Assembly (NCBI GenBank): GCA_009777315.1
Contig: WRMD01000002.1
Location: 10,401-74,400 of the forward strand
DNA length: 64,000 nucleotides
Direction: 5' to 3'
Source: Candidatus Saccharimonadota bacterium
GTDB taxonomy: Bacteria; Patescibacteriota; Saccharimonadia; Saccharimonadales; Saccharimonadaceae
Part shown: positions 8,679 through 16,874 of the stretch, piece after piece
Numbering within the stretch: position 1 is the stretch's first letter
Layout of the letters: every line of letters starts with the position of its first letter
Notes under the pieces: model-generated
What the model was told of the DNA's origin: nothing
Database searches by the model: none
The model's input: only the letters and a program-made list of their open reading frames with translations
Made by a program: the position numbers and the translations under genes

Positions 8679-9653
8679 TTAGTGTTCGCCTTCGGTGTGG
8701 AAGCGGTCGTGGATTTCTTTTAAGTGTTGGTCGGTGAGGTGGGTGTAGACTTGGGTGGTGGAGATGTCGGCGTGGCCGAGGAGGCCTTGGACGGAGCGGA
8801 GGTCGGCGCCATTCATGAGGAGGTCGGTGGCGAAGGAGTGGCGCATGGTGTGGGGGGTGACTTTTTTGGTGATGCCGGCGAGCTTGGAATACTTATCGAC
8901 GAGGCGCTGAACGGAGCGGGCGGTGAGGCGGGCTGAATTCTTGTCGTCTTTGTCGTCTTTTTCTTTGGGATTAGGGCTGGTGATCTTGTCGCGGTAGTTG
9001 ATGAAGAGGGCTTTGGATTGGTCGTTTCTGGTGGCGAGGTAGTCGGAGATGGTTTCGGCGGCGGAGGGGGAGAGGAAGACGGGGCGGTCTTTGTCGCCTT
9101 TGCCGCGGACGACGAATTCGCGGCGTTCGAGGTTGATTTGGCCGCGGTCGAGGGCGACGAGTTCGGAGACGCGGAGGCCGGAGGAAAAGAGGAGCTGGAG
9201 GATGGCTTGGTCGCGGAGGTTGTCGGGGGGGATTTCGTTTAGGATGCGTTCGACTTCGTCGATTTGGAGGAAGGAGACTTGGGGTCTGACGACTTTGGGG
9301 AGGTCGATTTTAGCGGCGTCGAGGGATTTGATGTCACGGCGAGCGAGGTATTTTAAGAATTGGCGGAGGGCGATGATGTAGTAGGTTTGGGTGCGGATGG
9401 AGAGGGTTTGGCCGCGGTCATCTTTGTAGCGGTTGAGGTAGAGGCGGTACTGGCGGATGAGGTCGGGGGTGATGTCGGAGGGTTTGGCGGAGGAATCTTG
9501 GTCGGGGTTTTTGGGGTCGGCGGGGCGGTGGTCGTCGGCGAATTGGGCGAAGCGTTCGAGGTAGAGGCGGTAGTTGGCGATGGTGCGGAGGGAGCGGCCG
9601 CGCTCGATTTCGAGAAATTCGAGGAAGTTGTCGATGAGGTCGGTGATGTACAT
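8679..9653 (-). CDS. tyrosine recombinase, XerC/XerD family
   Basis: 324 aa. Catalytic motifs are ARLTARSVQR, HTMRHSFAT and LLGHADISTTQVYTH (R-H-R-Y set). Confidence 0.85.
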   Translation of the reverse strand: MYITDLIDNFLEFLEIERGRSLRTIANYRLYLERFAQFADDHRPADPKNPDQDSSAKPSDITPDLIRQYRLYLNRYKDDRGQTLSIRTQTYYIIALRQFLKYLARRDIKSLDAAKIDLPKVVRPQVSFLQIDEVERILNEIPPDNLRDQAILQLLFSSGLRVSELVALDRGQINLERREFVVRGKGDKDRPVFLSPSAAETISDYLATRNDQSKALFINYRDKITSPNPKEKDDKDDKNSARLTARSVQRLVDKYSKLAGITKKVTPHTMRHSFATDLLMNGADLRSVQGLLGHADISTTQVYTHLTDQHLKEIHDRFHTEGEH

Positions 9654-9685
9654 GTATATATTATAGTATGTTCGCGGGGTTTTGG

Positions 9686-10311
9686 TTAAGCCTTTTTCCA
9701 GTCGCCGTGGGTGTGGCGGCCGCGGCCGTGGACGAACCAGTCGAGAGGGTCGCCGGTTTGGATGGCGTCGTAGAGGGTTTTAGCTGAATCGGTGAAGAGG
9801 CGGTCGCGGATAGTGGTGCGGATGTTCTTTTGGATTTTGCGGCCGAAGGTCTCGCCGCGGGCGGTGCTTTCTACGCACTCTAGCTCGCAGTCGAGATTGT
9901 CGGCGTCTTTGACGATTTGGCTGGCGAGAGTTTGGCGGGCTTCGTATTCGTGCCAGAGGGCGCGAAGCTCGGCGGAGAGAGTGATGTCGGTGGTTTGGTC
10001 GGTGATGGCGAGTTTTTCGTCGCGGGTGGTGTACATGCGGGACATGGATTGGACGTCGCCGGTGCGGGTTTCGGTGATGTCGTGCATGAGGGCGATTTTG
10101 ACGACGTGGCCAGTGTCGACGTTTTGGCTTGGGCGATGGTCCAGGCGAGGATGGCGACGCGGAAGGTGTGTTCGGCGTTGTTGGCGAGGGGCAGGCCGCC
10201 GATTTGGTTCCAGGTGCGGGCGACGTGGCGGAGGGTGCCTATTTCGAAGAGGAAATTGACGTCGTTATTGGCGGCGGGGGTTTTGCGCTTGACGGATTTG
10301 ATCTGTTTCAT
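9686..10311 (-). pseudogene. HD-domain phosphohydrolase (YfbR-like 5'-nucleotidase family) with an apparent 1-nt frameshift
   Basis: ORF 9880-10311 carries the N-terminal part (FLFEIGTLRHVARTW...NNAEHTFRVAILAWTIAQ). ORF 9686-10087 carries the rest (MHDITETRTGD...). The frames join at the TTTT run at 10122-10125. Confidence 0.6.
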
Positions 10312-10346
10312 GAGTTAAGTATAGCATAGGGGTGGTATCTGTTACG

Positions 10347-10355
10347 TGATATAAT
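10347..10355 (+). promoter_or_regulatory. extended -10 promoter (TGaTATAAT) for leaderless dnaG
   Basis: The -10 element ends 7 nt before the ATG at 10363 and there is no Shine-Dalgarno sequence between them. Confidence 0.5.
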
Positions 10356-10362
10356 ATATAGT

Positions 10363-12027
10363 ATGCAGGAGGCGAAAGAGGAGGTACGAGCCCGGTTGCC
10401 GGTGGAGGAGGTGGTCGGCTGGTATGTGGAGCTGAAGCGCGCGGGGAAGAACCTGAAGGCGCTGTCGCCCTTTACGAGTGAGAAGACGCCGTCGTTTATG
10501 GTGAGTCCGGATCGGGGGGTGTGGCATGATTATTCGAGTGGGAAGGGTGGGGATATTTTTAGCTTTGTGATGGAGATGGAAGGGCTGACTTTTGCCGAGG
10601 CGGTGAAGATGTTGGCGGACAAGTGCGGGGTGGTGTTGGCGCAGTATGACACGGGGGCGGATAGGGATTTGGCGACGAAGCGGAAGAGGTTGTATGCGGC
10701 GCTGGACCTCGCGGAAAAATACTATCAGTTTGCGCTCTCGAAAAATCCGGCGGTGATGGATTATGCGTTTTATAAGCGGAATATGAATCGGCAGACACTC
10801 AGGGATTTTCGGATTGGGTATGCGCCGGCGCAGGGGGACGCGCTGGTGAAGTTCCTCGCGAGCAAGGAGGTGACGAAGCAGGAGATGGAGGAGGCGGGGC
10901 TACTGAATCGGAAGGGGACGGATCTTTTTCGTGGACGGTTGATGATACCGCTGATGGATGCGGCGGGGAAGACGGTGGGGTTTACGGGGCGGATTTTGGA
11001 TGACAAGATTAAGAACGCGCCGAAATATCTGAATACGCCGGAGACGCTGCTGTATCATAAAAGTCGGCATATTTTTGGACTTTCGCAGGCGAAAAAGGCG
11101 TTGGTGCAGAGTGGGTTTGCGGTGCTGGTGGAGGGGAATATGGATGTGGTTTCCTCGCATCAGGCGGGGGTGGCGGAAGCGGTGGCGACGGCGGGGACGG
11201 CGATGACGCCGGAGCATTTGAAGGGGCTGGCGAGGTTTACGAAGGATATTCGGCTGGCGTATGATCGGGATGCGGCGGGGATAAGGGCGGCGGAGCGGGC
11301 GGTGGAGTTGGCGAGTAGTCTCGGGATCCGGCTAAGTGTGATTGCGGATTATCCGGCGAAGGATCCGGATGATTTGATACAGAAGGGGCCGGAGTTGTGG
11401 CAGGAGGCGGTGAGCAAGCCGAGGCCGGCGGTGGAGTGGTTGTTTGATGAGTATGCGAAGCGGTATGACTTAGGGACGGGGACGGGGAAGCGGGAATATG
11501 CGGAGGTGACGGCGGCGGTGATGCGGACTATAAAGGATGATATTGAGCGGGCGAGTTATGAGCAGTCGGTGGCGGAACGCTTGGCGGTGGATGCGGAACT
11601 AGTGAAGCAGAAAGTGTCGTCGAAAGCGGCGGGAGCTCCGAAGCGGCTACGGCGGGGGAGTCCGGAGCAGGTGGAAAAGCAGAGTTTGGTGGAGGAGACG
11701 TTGCTCGGGCTATTGCTATGGATGACTGAACGTGAAACTCCGATTGACTTGGCGGTGGCGGGCATAAGGGGAATGCTTGACAGGGCGGAGAAATTAGATT
11801 ACACTAGGAAACAGGAACTGATCCTGCGAGCCGAAGGGCGTTATGCCAGCTGGAGTCAAGAAGATTTCCAGGATGAGATAAAATCATTGCTCGCTCGTCA
11901 AGTAGATGAGGCGAAGCGTGCGGAAAAGCAAGAGTTGCTGAGTTTACTGGCCGAAGCGGAAGCGGAAGGCGATGATGTGGCGGTGATGGAACTGGTCAAA
12001 GCGTTAAACGAAATCAACAAAGGATAA
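10363..12027 (+). CDS. dnaG: DNA primase
   Basis: 554 aa. N-terminal primase zinc-binding-domain-like segment [13 protein letters not shown], and a TOPRIM core ([21 protein letters not shown]). Confidence 0.9.
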   Translation: MQEAKEEVRARLPVEEVVGWYVELKRAGKNLKALSPFTSEKTPSFMVSPDRGVWHDYSSGKGGDIFSFVMEMEGLTFAEAVKMLADKCGVVLAQYDTGADRDLATKRKRLYAALDLAEKYYQFALSKNPAVMDYAFYKRNMNRQTLRDFRIGYAPAQGDALVKFLASKEVTKQEMEEAGLLNRKGTDLFRGRLMIPLMDAAGKTVGFTGRILDDKIKNAPKYLNTPETLLYHKSRHIFGLSQAKKALVQSGFAVLVEGNMDVVSSHQAGVAEAVATAGTAMTPEHLKGLARFTKDIRLAYDRDAAGIRAAERAVELASSLGIRLSVIADYPAKDPDDLIQKGPELWQEAVSKPRPAVEWLFDEYAKRYDLGTGTGKREYAEVTAAVMRTIKDDIERASYEQSVAERLAVDAELVKQKVSSKAAGAPKRLRRGSPEQVEKQSLVEETLLGLLLWMTERETPIDLAVAGIRGMLDRAEKLDYTRKQELILRAEGRYASWSQEDFQDEIKSLLARQVDEAKRAEKQELLSLLAEAEAEGDDVAVMELVKALNEINKG

Positions 12028-13226
12028 TGATGGATAATGAGTATTCGCCAAGTGAATTAGGGCTCGAGGAGAGGGCGGCGCCGGAAGATATTTTGAGTGA
12101 TATTGGCGAGCCGGATTTTACGGCGGAAGATATAGTGAGTGCGGCGGAGCTAGATATTGCGGCGAGTGGGATTGAGTTTTTTGCGGATGATTCGATTAAG
12201 ATTTATTTGAAGGAGATCGGGAATATTCCGATGCTGACGGCGGAGGAAGAGGATGTTTTGAGCAGGCAGATTTATGCGAATCGGGCGCGGCTGGCGGAGC
12301 TTTTGGCGAAGCAAAAAGGGATGCGGGCGACGGAGAAAGAAATCAAGCGAGTGGAGGATCGGTTGAGGCATCATCGGGCGATGAATCCGCCGCGGCAGGA
12401 TATAATTGTGCGGGGGGAGAAGCGGCTAGTGGAGCTAAGAAGAGAGCTGAAAAAGAAGTCGCTGAATATGACGGAGACGAAGGAGCTACGGAAATTGCAG
12501 AGGCCGAATCAGAGGATGGTGGAGGCGAACATGCGGCTGGTGGTGTCGATTGCAAAGCGGTATTTGAATCGGGGGTTGGAGCTTTTGGATTTGATACAGG
12601 AGGGGAATACGGGGTTGATTCGGGCGGTGGAGAAGTTTAACCCGGAGAAAGGGTTTAGGTTTTCGACGTATGCGACGTGGTGGGTGCGGCAGGCGATAAC
12701 GCGAGCGATTGCGGATCAGGCGCGGACGGTGCGAGTGCCGGTGCACATGGTGGAGACGATTAATAAGCTGGGGCGGATTCAGCGGCAGTTGTCGCAGGAA
12801 CTGAATCGTGACCCGACGATTGAAGAGTTGGCGAAAGAGATGGAAGTGGAGCCGGAGAAGGTGACGCAGATTTTGAAAGTGAAGCAGGATGCGGCGTCGC
12901 TTGATGCGTCGATTTCTCGGGATGATGACGAGGAGTCGTCGCTGTCGGATTTTATTGAGGATAAAAATCAGGACACACCGGAAGTTGCGACGACGAAGGT
13001 GATGCTGGTGGATCAGGTGGGGCAGGCGCTCGATTTGTTGACGGATCGTGAGCGGAAGATTATTCAGATGCGATTTGGTTTGGGTGGTAGTAGGGTGTAT
13101 ACGCTGGAGGAAGTGGGGGCGGAGTTTAGCGTGACGCGGGAGCGGATTAGGCAGATTGAGGGGAAGGCACTGGCGAAGTTGAAGAGGCATAAAGATAGTA
13201 AGAAGTTGATGGATTATTTGAAGTAA
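12027..13226 (+). CDS. rpoD: RNA polymerase sigma factor, primary sigma-70 type
   Basis: 399 aa. Region 2 is [17 protein letters not shown] and [27 protein letters not shown]. Region 4.2 is [19 protein letters not shown]. The start overlaps the dnaG stop by 1 nt. Confidence 0.9.
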   Translation: MMDNEYSPSELGLEERAAPEDILSDIGEPDFTAEDIVSAAELDIAASGIEFFADDSIKIYLKEIGNIPMLTAEEEDVLSRQIYANRARLAELLAKQKGMRATEKEIKRVEDRLRHHRAMNPPRQDIIVRGEKRLVELRRELKKKSLNMTETKELRKLQRPNQRMVEANMRLVVSIAKRYLNRGLELLDLIQEGNTGLIRAVEKFNPEKGFRFSTYATWWVRQAITRAIADQARTVRVPVHMVETINKLGRIQRQLSQELNRDPTIEELAKEMEVEPEKVTQILKVKQDAASLDASISRDDDEESSLSDFIEDKNQDTPEVATTKVMLVDQVGQALDLLTDRERKIIQMRFGLGGSRVYTLEEVGAEFSVTRERIRQIEGKALAKLKRHKDSKKLMDYLK

Positions 13227-13233
13227 GACCTAG

Positions 13234-13358
13234 CAAAAGAATTACATATACCCCCTCGCAAACAGAATAAATCCCGCCTGTCTTTACAGGGGGATTTTTC
13301 TTCCCCCTCGGCTAGCCGCCTGCGGGACGTTGCTCGAAAGTATATGTCAATTCTTTTG
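13234..13358 (+). repeat. repeat module family B, copy 1 (nested hairpins including an intrinsic terminator at 13271-13300)
   Basis: Outer stem caaaagaattacatatac / gtatatgtcaattcttttg. The core is caaacagaataa + hairpin + TTTTCTTCCCCCTC.GCT..CGCCT..CGGGACGTTG, shared with 18415-18544 and 31571-31722. It lies directly after rpoD. Confidence 0.65.
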
Positions 13359-13383
13359 CCCTAGCTTCTTTCTGCAAATCAAT

Positions 13384-13582
13384 CTCCTTCGCCGCTGTCT
13401 CATCGGGCTGGAATGCAGGAGAACAGTCAACTTCTTCATATTGGTGGCCCTCATCACTAGATTCAAGCACAAATCCTTCTAGCGGTGCCATACTAAGCTC
13501 GATTCTTTGGCCGAGTACCGCAAACAACCATAAGTCCTACGGCTTCTCCCTCCGCTGTGTCTACCCGTAGGGGGTGGGGAGG
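13384..13582 (+). repeat. hypervariable cassette arm R3 (solo)
   Basis: Inner boundary ctccttcgccgctgtc at 13384-13399 and TAG at 13568-13570. The outer boundary ends 3 nt before the stop of the next gene. Open frame: FAAVSSGWNAGEQSTSSYWWPSSLDSSTNPSSGAILSSILWPSTANNHKSYGFSLRCVYP*. Confidence 0.9.
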
Positions 13583-13585
13583 AGG

Positions 13586-13951
13586 CTAAAGAAATAGCAA
13601 GATGATTATAACTCCAAGTACGATTAAAAAGATATTAATCGCACGAGAGCTGCGCTCATTCGCTTTCTTGTAAGTTTCCTCTGAGGTTGCTCTGCTAACT
13701 GTTCTGCGAGTACGCAAAGATATGATTGCCATCACGGCAAAAACCACTACCATTATGGCGATGAGTGGTATCACCAAAACCATGAGAATCCCTAAATAGC
13801 CTGCGCCGTTCATAGCGGTAATCAGACCAAGAATCAGCAGTATCATTAGCGCCATAAGCACAAACCAGAGAATAGCAAATCTCGTCCATTTACGCACCAG
13901 CTTTTGCTGCTGGTAATGCCAAGGGAGTTCAGAAGATATCTCCAGACCCAT
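13586..13951 (-). CDS. hypothetical small membrane protein (AT-rich gene boxed between two arm termini)
   Basis: 121 aa with 3 hydrophobic helices. TGgTAGAAT lies 6 nt upstream of the ATG at 13951. Confidence 0.6.
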   Translation of the reverse strand: MGLEISSELPWHYQQQKLVRKWTRFAILWFVLMALMILLILGLITAMNGAGYLGILMVLVIPLIAIMVVVFAVMAIISLRTRRTVSRATSEETYKKANERSSRAINIFLIVLGVIIILLFL

Positions 13952-13974
13952 ACTCCCATTCTACCACACCACAT

Positions 13975-14189
13975 CCTCCCCACTCCCTACGGGTAGACAC
14001 AGCGGAGGGAAGTGCCATGATTCTTGTCCATCTGGTTGTCACCCGGGTGAGTAATAGTAGCAACTAAGTGAAAGAAGTTTGAACGCATACCGTTACTCTC
14101 GAATACGCCAGAAGTCCACCAGCGCGCCTCAGTACCCTGAAGCCATACTGAGGCGGGGCTGCTCACACCTCCCGTGACAGTGGCGAAGG
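13975..14189 (-). repeat. hypervariable cassette arm L4 (solo)
   Basis: Outer boundary cctccccactccctacgggtagacacagcggaggg at 13975-14009 and inner boundary at 14176-14189. Open frame: FATVTGGVSSPASVWLQGTEARWWTSGVFESNGMRSNFFHLVATITHPGDNQMDKNHGTSLRCVYP*. Confidence 0.9.
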
Positions 14190-14300
14190 AGGAACTTTAA
14201 GCATAATCCTATTGACTTTTCATCCCGCCTGTGCTCTACTCATGGTAGACTGGGGTGAATATACCTGACGGGTGGTATCGCAATATACTTTGTATGATAT

Positions 14301-14334
14301 AAAAACAGAAAAAGCCACGAGGGAATCTTCGTGG
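14301..14334 (-). terminator. hairpin terminator downstream of tRNA-Arg (usable on both strands)
   Basis: Stem ccacga/tcgtgg at 14315-14334 with T-runs on both sides. Confidence 0.5.
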
Positions 14335-14342
14335 ATTTTTCA

Positions 14343-14419
14343 TGGTGCACCCGGCGAGATTCGAACTTACGACCTTTGGCTCCGCAAGCCAACGCTCTAT
14401 CCAGCTGAGCTACGGGTGC
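14343..14419 (-). tRNA. tRNA-Arg (anticodon GCG)
   Basis: The reverse complement is GCACCCGTAGCTCAGCTGGATAGAGCGTTGGCTTGCGGAGCCAAAGGTCGTAAGTTCGAATCTCGCCGGGTGCACCA. The anticodon loop is UUGCGGA. There is one A-C mismatch in the T stem. Confidence 0.85.
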
Positions 14420-14546
14420 ATTTGTGGGAAGTAAACCCCACAAATTAGTAAAGTAAGGTGCGAGCCATATAGTATACGGCCCAAGCAAATTGTAGCACAA
14501 ATCAGGGAGATATGCTATACTAGCACCAGAAGAAAAAGGGGTTCCA

Positions 14547-15224
14547 ATGAAGCAAAGCAACAAAGGGGAGTGGCTCAATAAGTTTATCGCCTGGGTTTAT
14601 GGACGGCCGGGCAAAACATTGAAATTGGTGGCTGTAACTGGGGCGAACGCGAGTGAAGTTGTTGCTTTGTCGGCGGAGGTGCTAAAGGCAGACGGAAAGC
14701 CGACGGCGTATTTGGCGGCGCATGATTTTGAGATTTCGGGGCAGAAGCAGCATGATGAAAAACCGCTGAAGCCGAGCAGGGGACTTTATCAGCGGTTTCT
14801 GCAGGCGGCAAAGCGGGCGGGGGCAGAGTATGTAGTGATAGAATTGGCGCCAGAAGCGGTGGCGCGGAATTTCTTGGGCGATGAGCGATTCGCGGTGACG
14901 ATCGTGACGGACAATAGCAAAGTAGACAAGTTGCTGGAAGCGACGGCGGTGCCGGTGCTAAATAAGGATTTGGAATTGCCTGAGCGGCCGAACATGATAA
15001 GTTTCGGACGACATCGAAACGCGGATGCGCGGATTGATCGAGTGACACCATTCAAAAAAGGCACTGAGATTCAGGCGATGGCGCAGGGTAGGCGGACGGA
15101 GTTGGCTTCGTTTTTGACGACGGATTCGGCGCCGATGTCGATCGCGGCGGCGCTGGCGCTGGGGCTGGGGGTTGGGATTAACTTAGAAAAAATTGCGGAC
15201 GGGATTGCTAACTTAGACTCGTAG
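14547..15224 (+). CDS. Mur-ligase-like protein with degenerate P-loop (short)
   Basis: 225 aa. VAVTGANASEV sits where Mur ligases have TGTNGKTT, and VVIELAPEAV...AVTIVTDNS resembles the central domain. Confidence 0.4.
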   Translation: MKQSNKGEWLNKFIAWVYGRPGKTLKLVAVTGANASEVVALSAEVLKADGKPTAYLAAHDFEISGQKQHDEKPLKPSRGLYQRFLQAAKRAGAEYVVIELAPEAVARNFLGDERFAVTIVTDNSKVDKLLEATAVPVLNKDLELPERPNMISFGRHRNADARIDRVTPFKKGTEIQAMAQGRRTELASFLTTDSAPMSIAAALALGLGVGINLEKIADGIANLDS

Positions 15225-15244
15225 GCGGAAGAGAAGACATGCGA

Positions 15245-15268
15245 AAGGGCGCTGATTTACGCGCCCTT
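15245..15268. terminator. bidirectional hairpin terminator between convergent genes
   Basis: Stem aagggcgc-tgatttac-gcgccctt. Confidence 0.5.
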
Positions 15269-15296
15269 ATTCTGCTGTCCGTCGCTCAGCCTGGGA

Positions 15297-16352
15297 CTAG
15301 AGCGGGACAATGATGTTGCCGGTGGGTTGGTCAATTTCGAGGCGACGAATAGCCTCAGCGATGAGTGGCGCGGTAAGCGGGAGTCGCGTCGCGCGAGACT
15401 TTTTTTCGAACGCAGCCCAAACGAGCGGGTCTTTGGGTATCGAGTCGGTTGTGATGAGCTTGTTGACGTAGTGGTTGCGGAGATTGAACTCGGGCATGAG
15501 AAACTCTCCAGGCTCGTACGAAAGCTGCGCGTGAATAACTAGCGCGAATAGTCGCTCGGGACGACACTTCCACACTAGGTCGGAGTTTGCCATGAGCGTG
15601 GTGCAACGGTCGGCCTCGTCGTCGACGATTAAGACTGTCGCGCCCTCTAAGGCTTGTCGGTTGTGGTCGCTTAAGCTTAGCTTGACCGCGCCGGTATCAT
15701 CGGGGCGAACCTTGTCCATGATGATGAGCGGCGTGCCAGCAGCGGTAAATAGCTCCGCGCGGGCGGCACTGCTTTTGTCGGCTGCAACAATGACGTTATA
15801 CGGAATGTTGGCCTGGGCCCATTCGGATAGACTGGGTAAAGCTGACACCGTGTGGTAGTCGATGCCTTTGTCGGTGAAGTATTTGGTCGAGCCTACGTCG
15901 TGCAGGTCGAGCGAAATGACCGCACTTGCCCCGGCGTAGGCAAGGGAATTGGCGAACAGGTCTAGTCCGCACGAAACGCCGGGGGTGTTGGCGCTACTAC
16001 GAGAGTAGAGCACGTAAGGCATGACGACGGTGATTCGGAGAGTCGGGCTCAGTGAACGGAGGGCCGCCACCATGCACTCGACTTCCATCTTGCGGTCGTT
16101 GACCGGCGGGTTGGCTGCTTGCACGACGTAGACTTGGCTGAAGTCATGCGGCTCAACGCGCGCGAACGAACTAGTGTTCAAAAACCTGGTGTGCTTAGCC
16201 GTGGTCAAAATCGATGCAGGGAGCATCTCGCTAAGCTCTTTGGTTAGCTGGTCGGCACCGGGTGATGCCGAGATGAACGCGGACCTTTGCATTGCTGGTA
16301 TTTGGGGCACTGAACATCCCTCCACCCTTCTTAAGATTTGGTTTGTCGGCAA
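15297..16352 (-). CDS. phosphoribosyltransferase / PRPP synthetase-like protein
   Basis: 351 aa. It has a Prs-like layout with ITVVMPYVLYSRS and the PRTase loop VLIVDDEADRCTT. The start codon is uncertain (the track start is TTG). Confidence 0.55.
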   Translation of the reverse strand: MPTNQILRRVEGCSVPQIPAMQRSAFISASPGADQLTKELSEMLPASILTTAKHTRFLNTSSFARVEPHDFSQVYVVQAANPPVNDRKMEVECMVAALRSLSPTLRITVVMPYVLYSRSSANTPGVSCGLDLFANSLAYAGASAVISLDLHDVGSTKYFTDKGIDYHTVSALPSLSEWAQANIPYNVIVAADKSSAARAELFTAAGTPLIIMDKVRPDDTGAVKLSLSDHNRQALEGATVLIVDDEADRCTTLMANSDLVWKCRPERLFALVIHAQLSYEPGEFLMPEFNLRNHYVNKLITTDSIPKDPLVWAAFEKKSRATRLPLTAPLIAEAIRRLEIDQPTGNIIVPL

Positions 16353-16390
16353 CTTGTTAATGTGCCTCCACCCACCTCAAGTATACCACA

Positions 16391-16399
16391 TGATATAAT
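16391..16399 (+). promoter_or_regulatory. extended -10 promoter (TGaTATAAT), leaderless
   Basis: The -10 element ends 6 nt before the ATG at 16406. Confidence 0.5.
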
Positions 16400-16405
16400 A
16401 TAGAT

Positions 16406-16873
16406 ATGATAGGCCGTATGCTGGGTAGGATAGTGTTTGGCGTTTTGGTCGCGGTGGCGGCGGGGTTTTTGGCGTGGCGATTTTTGAATGAGCAGATTAA
16501 GGCGTGGACGGATGAGCACTTGCCGTGGCATTTGGTGGCGCGCTGGGTGTACGACTGTCGGGCGGTGGACGAGGCGATTGCGAAATATGACGACTGGGAT
16601 CAGCGGACGATGCGGGCGATTGCGCGGGCGGAAAGTAAGTGCGATGTGAACGCGCTGGGTGATACGGACTTGACGTTTGAGGAGGATGGGCGAATCTATG
16701 GGTATTCGGTGGGGGCAATGCAAGTGCGGATTTTGCCGGGGCGGGAGCATTGTGACACGTTTGACGTGGCGAAGAACGTGGAGTGCGCCAACTGGATTTA
16801 TGGTGAGCAGGGACTTGGGGCGTGGTCGGTGTGGCGGGATGGCCGCTACGAACGGTATTTAGAGCCGGAGTAG
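16406..16873 (+). CDS. lytic transglycosylase (SLT domain) with N-terminal anchor
   Basis: AIARAESKCDVNALGD...GYSVGAMQV, containing the catalytic Glu-Ser motif. Confidence 0.65.
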   Translation: MIGRMLGRIVFGVLVAVAAGFLAWRFLNEQIKAWTDEHLPWHLVARWVYDCRAVDEAIAKYDDWDQRTMRAIARAESKCDVNALGDTDLTFEEDGRIYGYSVGAMQVRILPGREHCDTFDVAKNVECANWIYGEQGLGAWSVWRDGRYERYLEPE

Positions 16874-16874
16874 G

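Noticed and set aside
8815-8845. A 12-nt match (gtggcgaaggag) between the recombinase gene's HSFAT motif codons and the arm inner boundary (SFATV).
   Set aside because: RHSFAT is a universally conserved tyrosine-recombinase motif, and the short match is most simply coincidence of codon usage.
7978-9653. tRNA-Ala plus the tyrosine recombinase might mark an integrated prophage or ICE.
   Set aside because: Only about 0.6 kb of AT-rich DNA lies between them. I find no att-like repeat of the tRNA end. The recombinase looks like a housekeeping XerC/D. At most this is a decayed remnant (see the finding on 8161-8463).
14228-14265. tcatcccgcctgtgctctactcatggtagactggggtg might be a decayed right-hand outer boundary partnering arm L4.
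   Set aside because: Only about two thirds of positions match after gapping. That is too weak to call without a statistical alignment.
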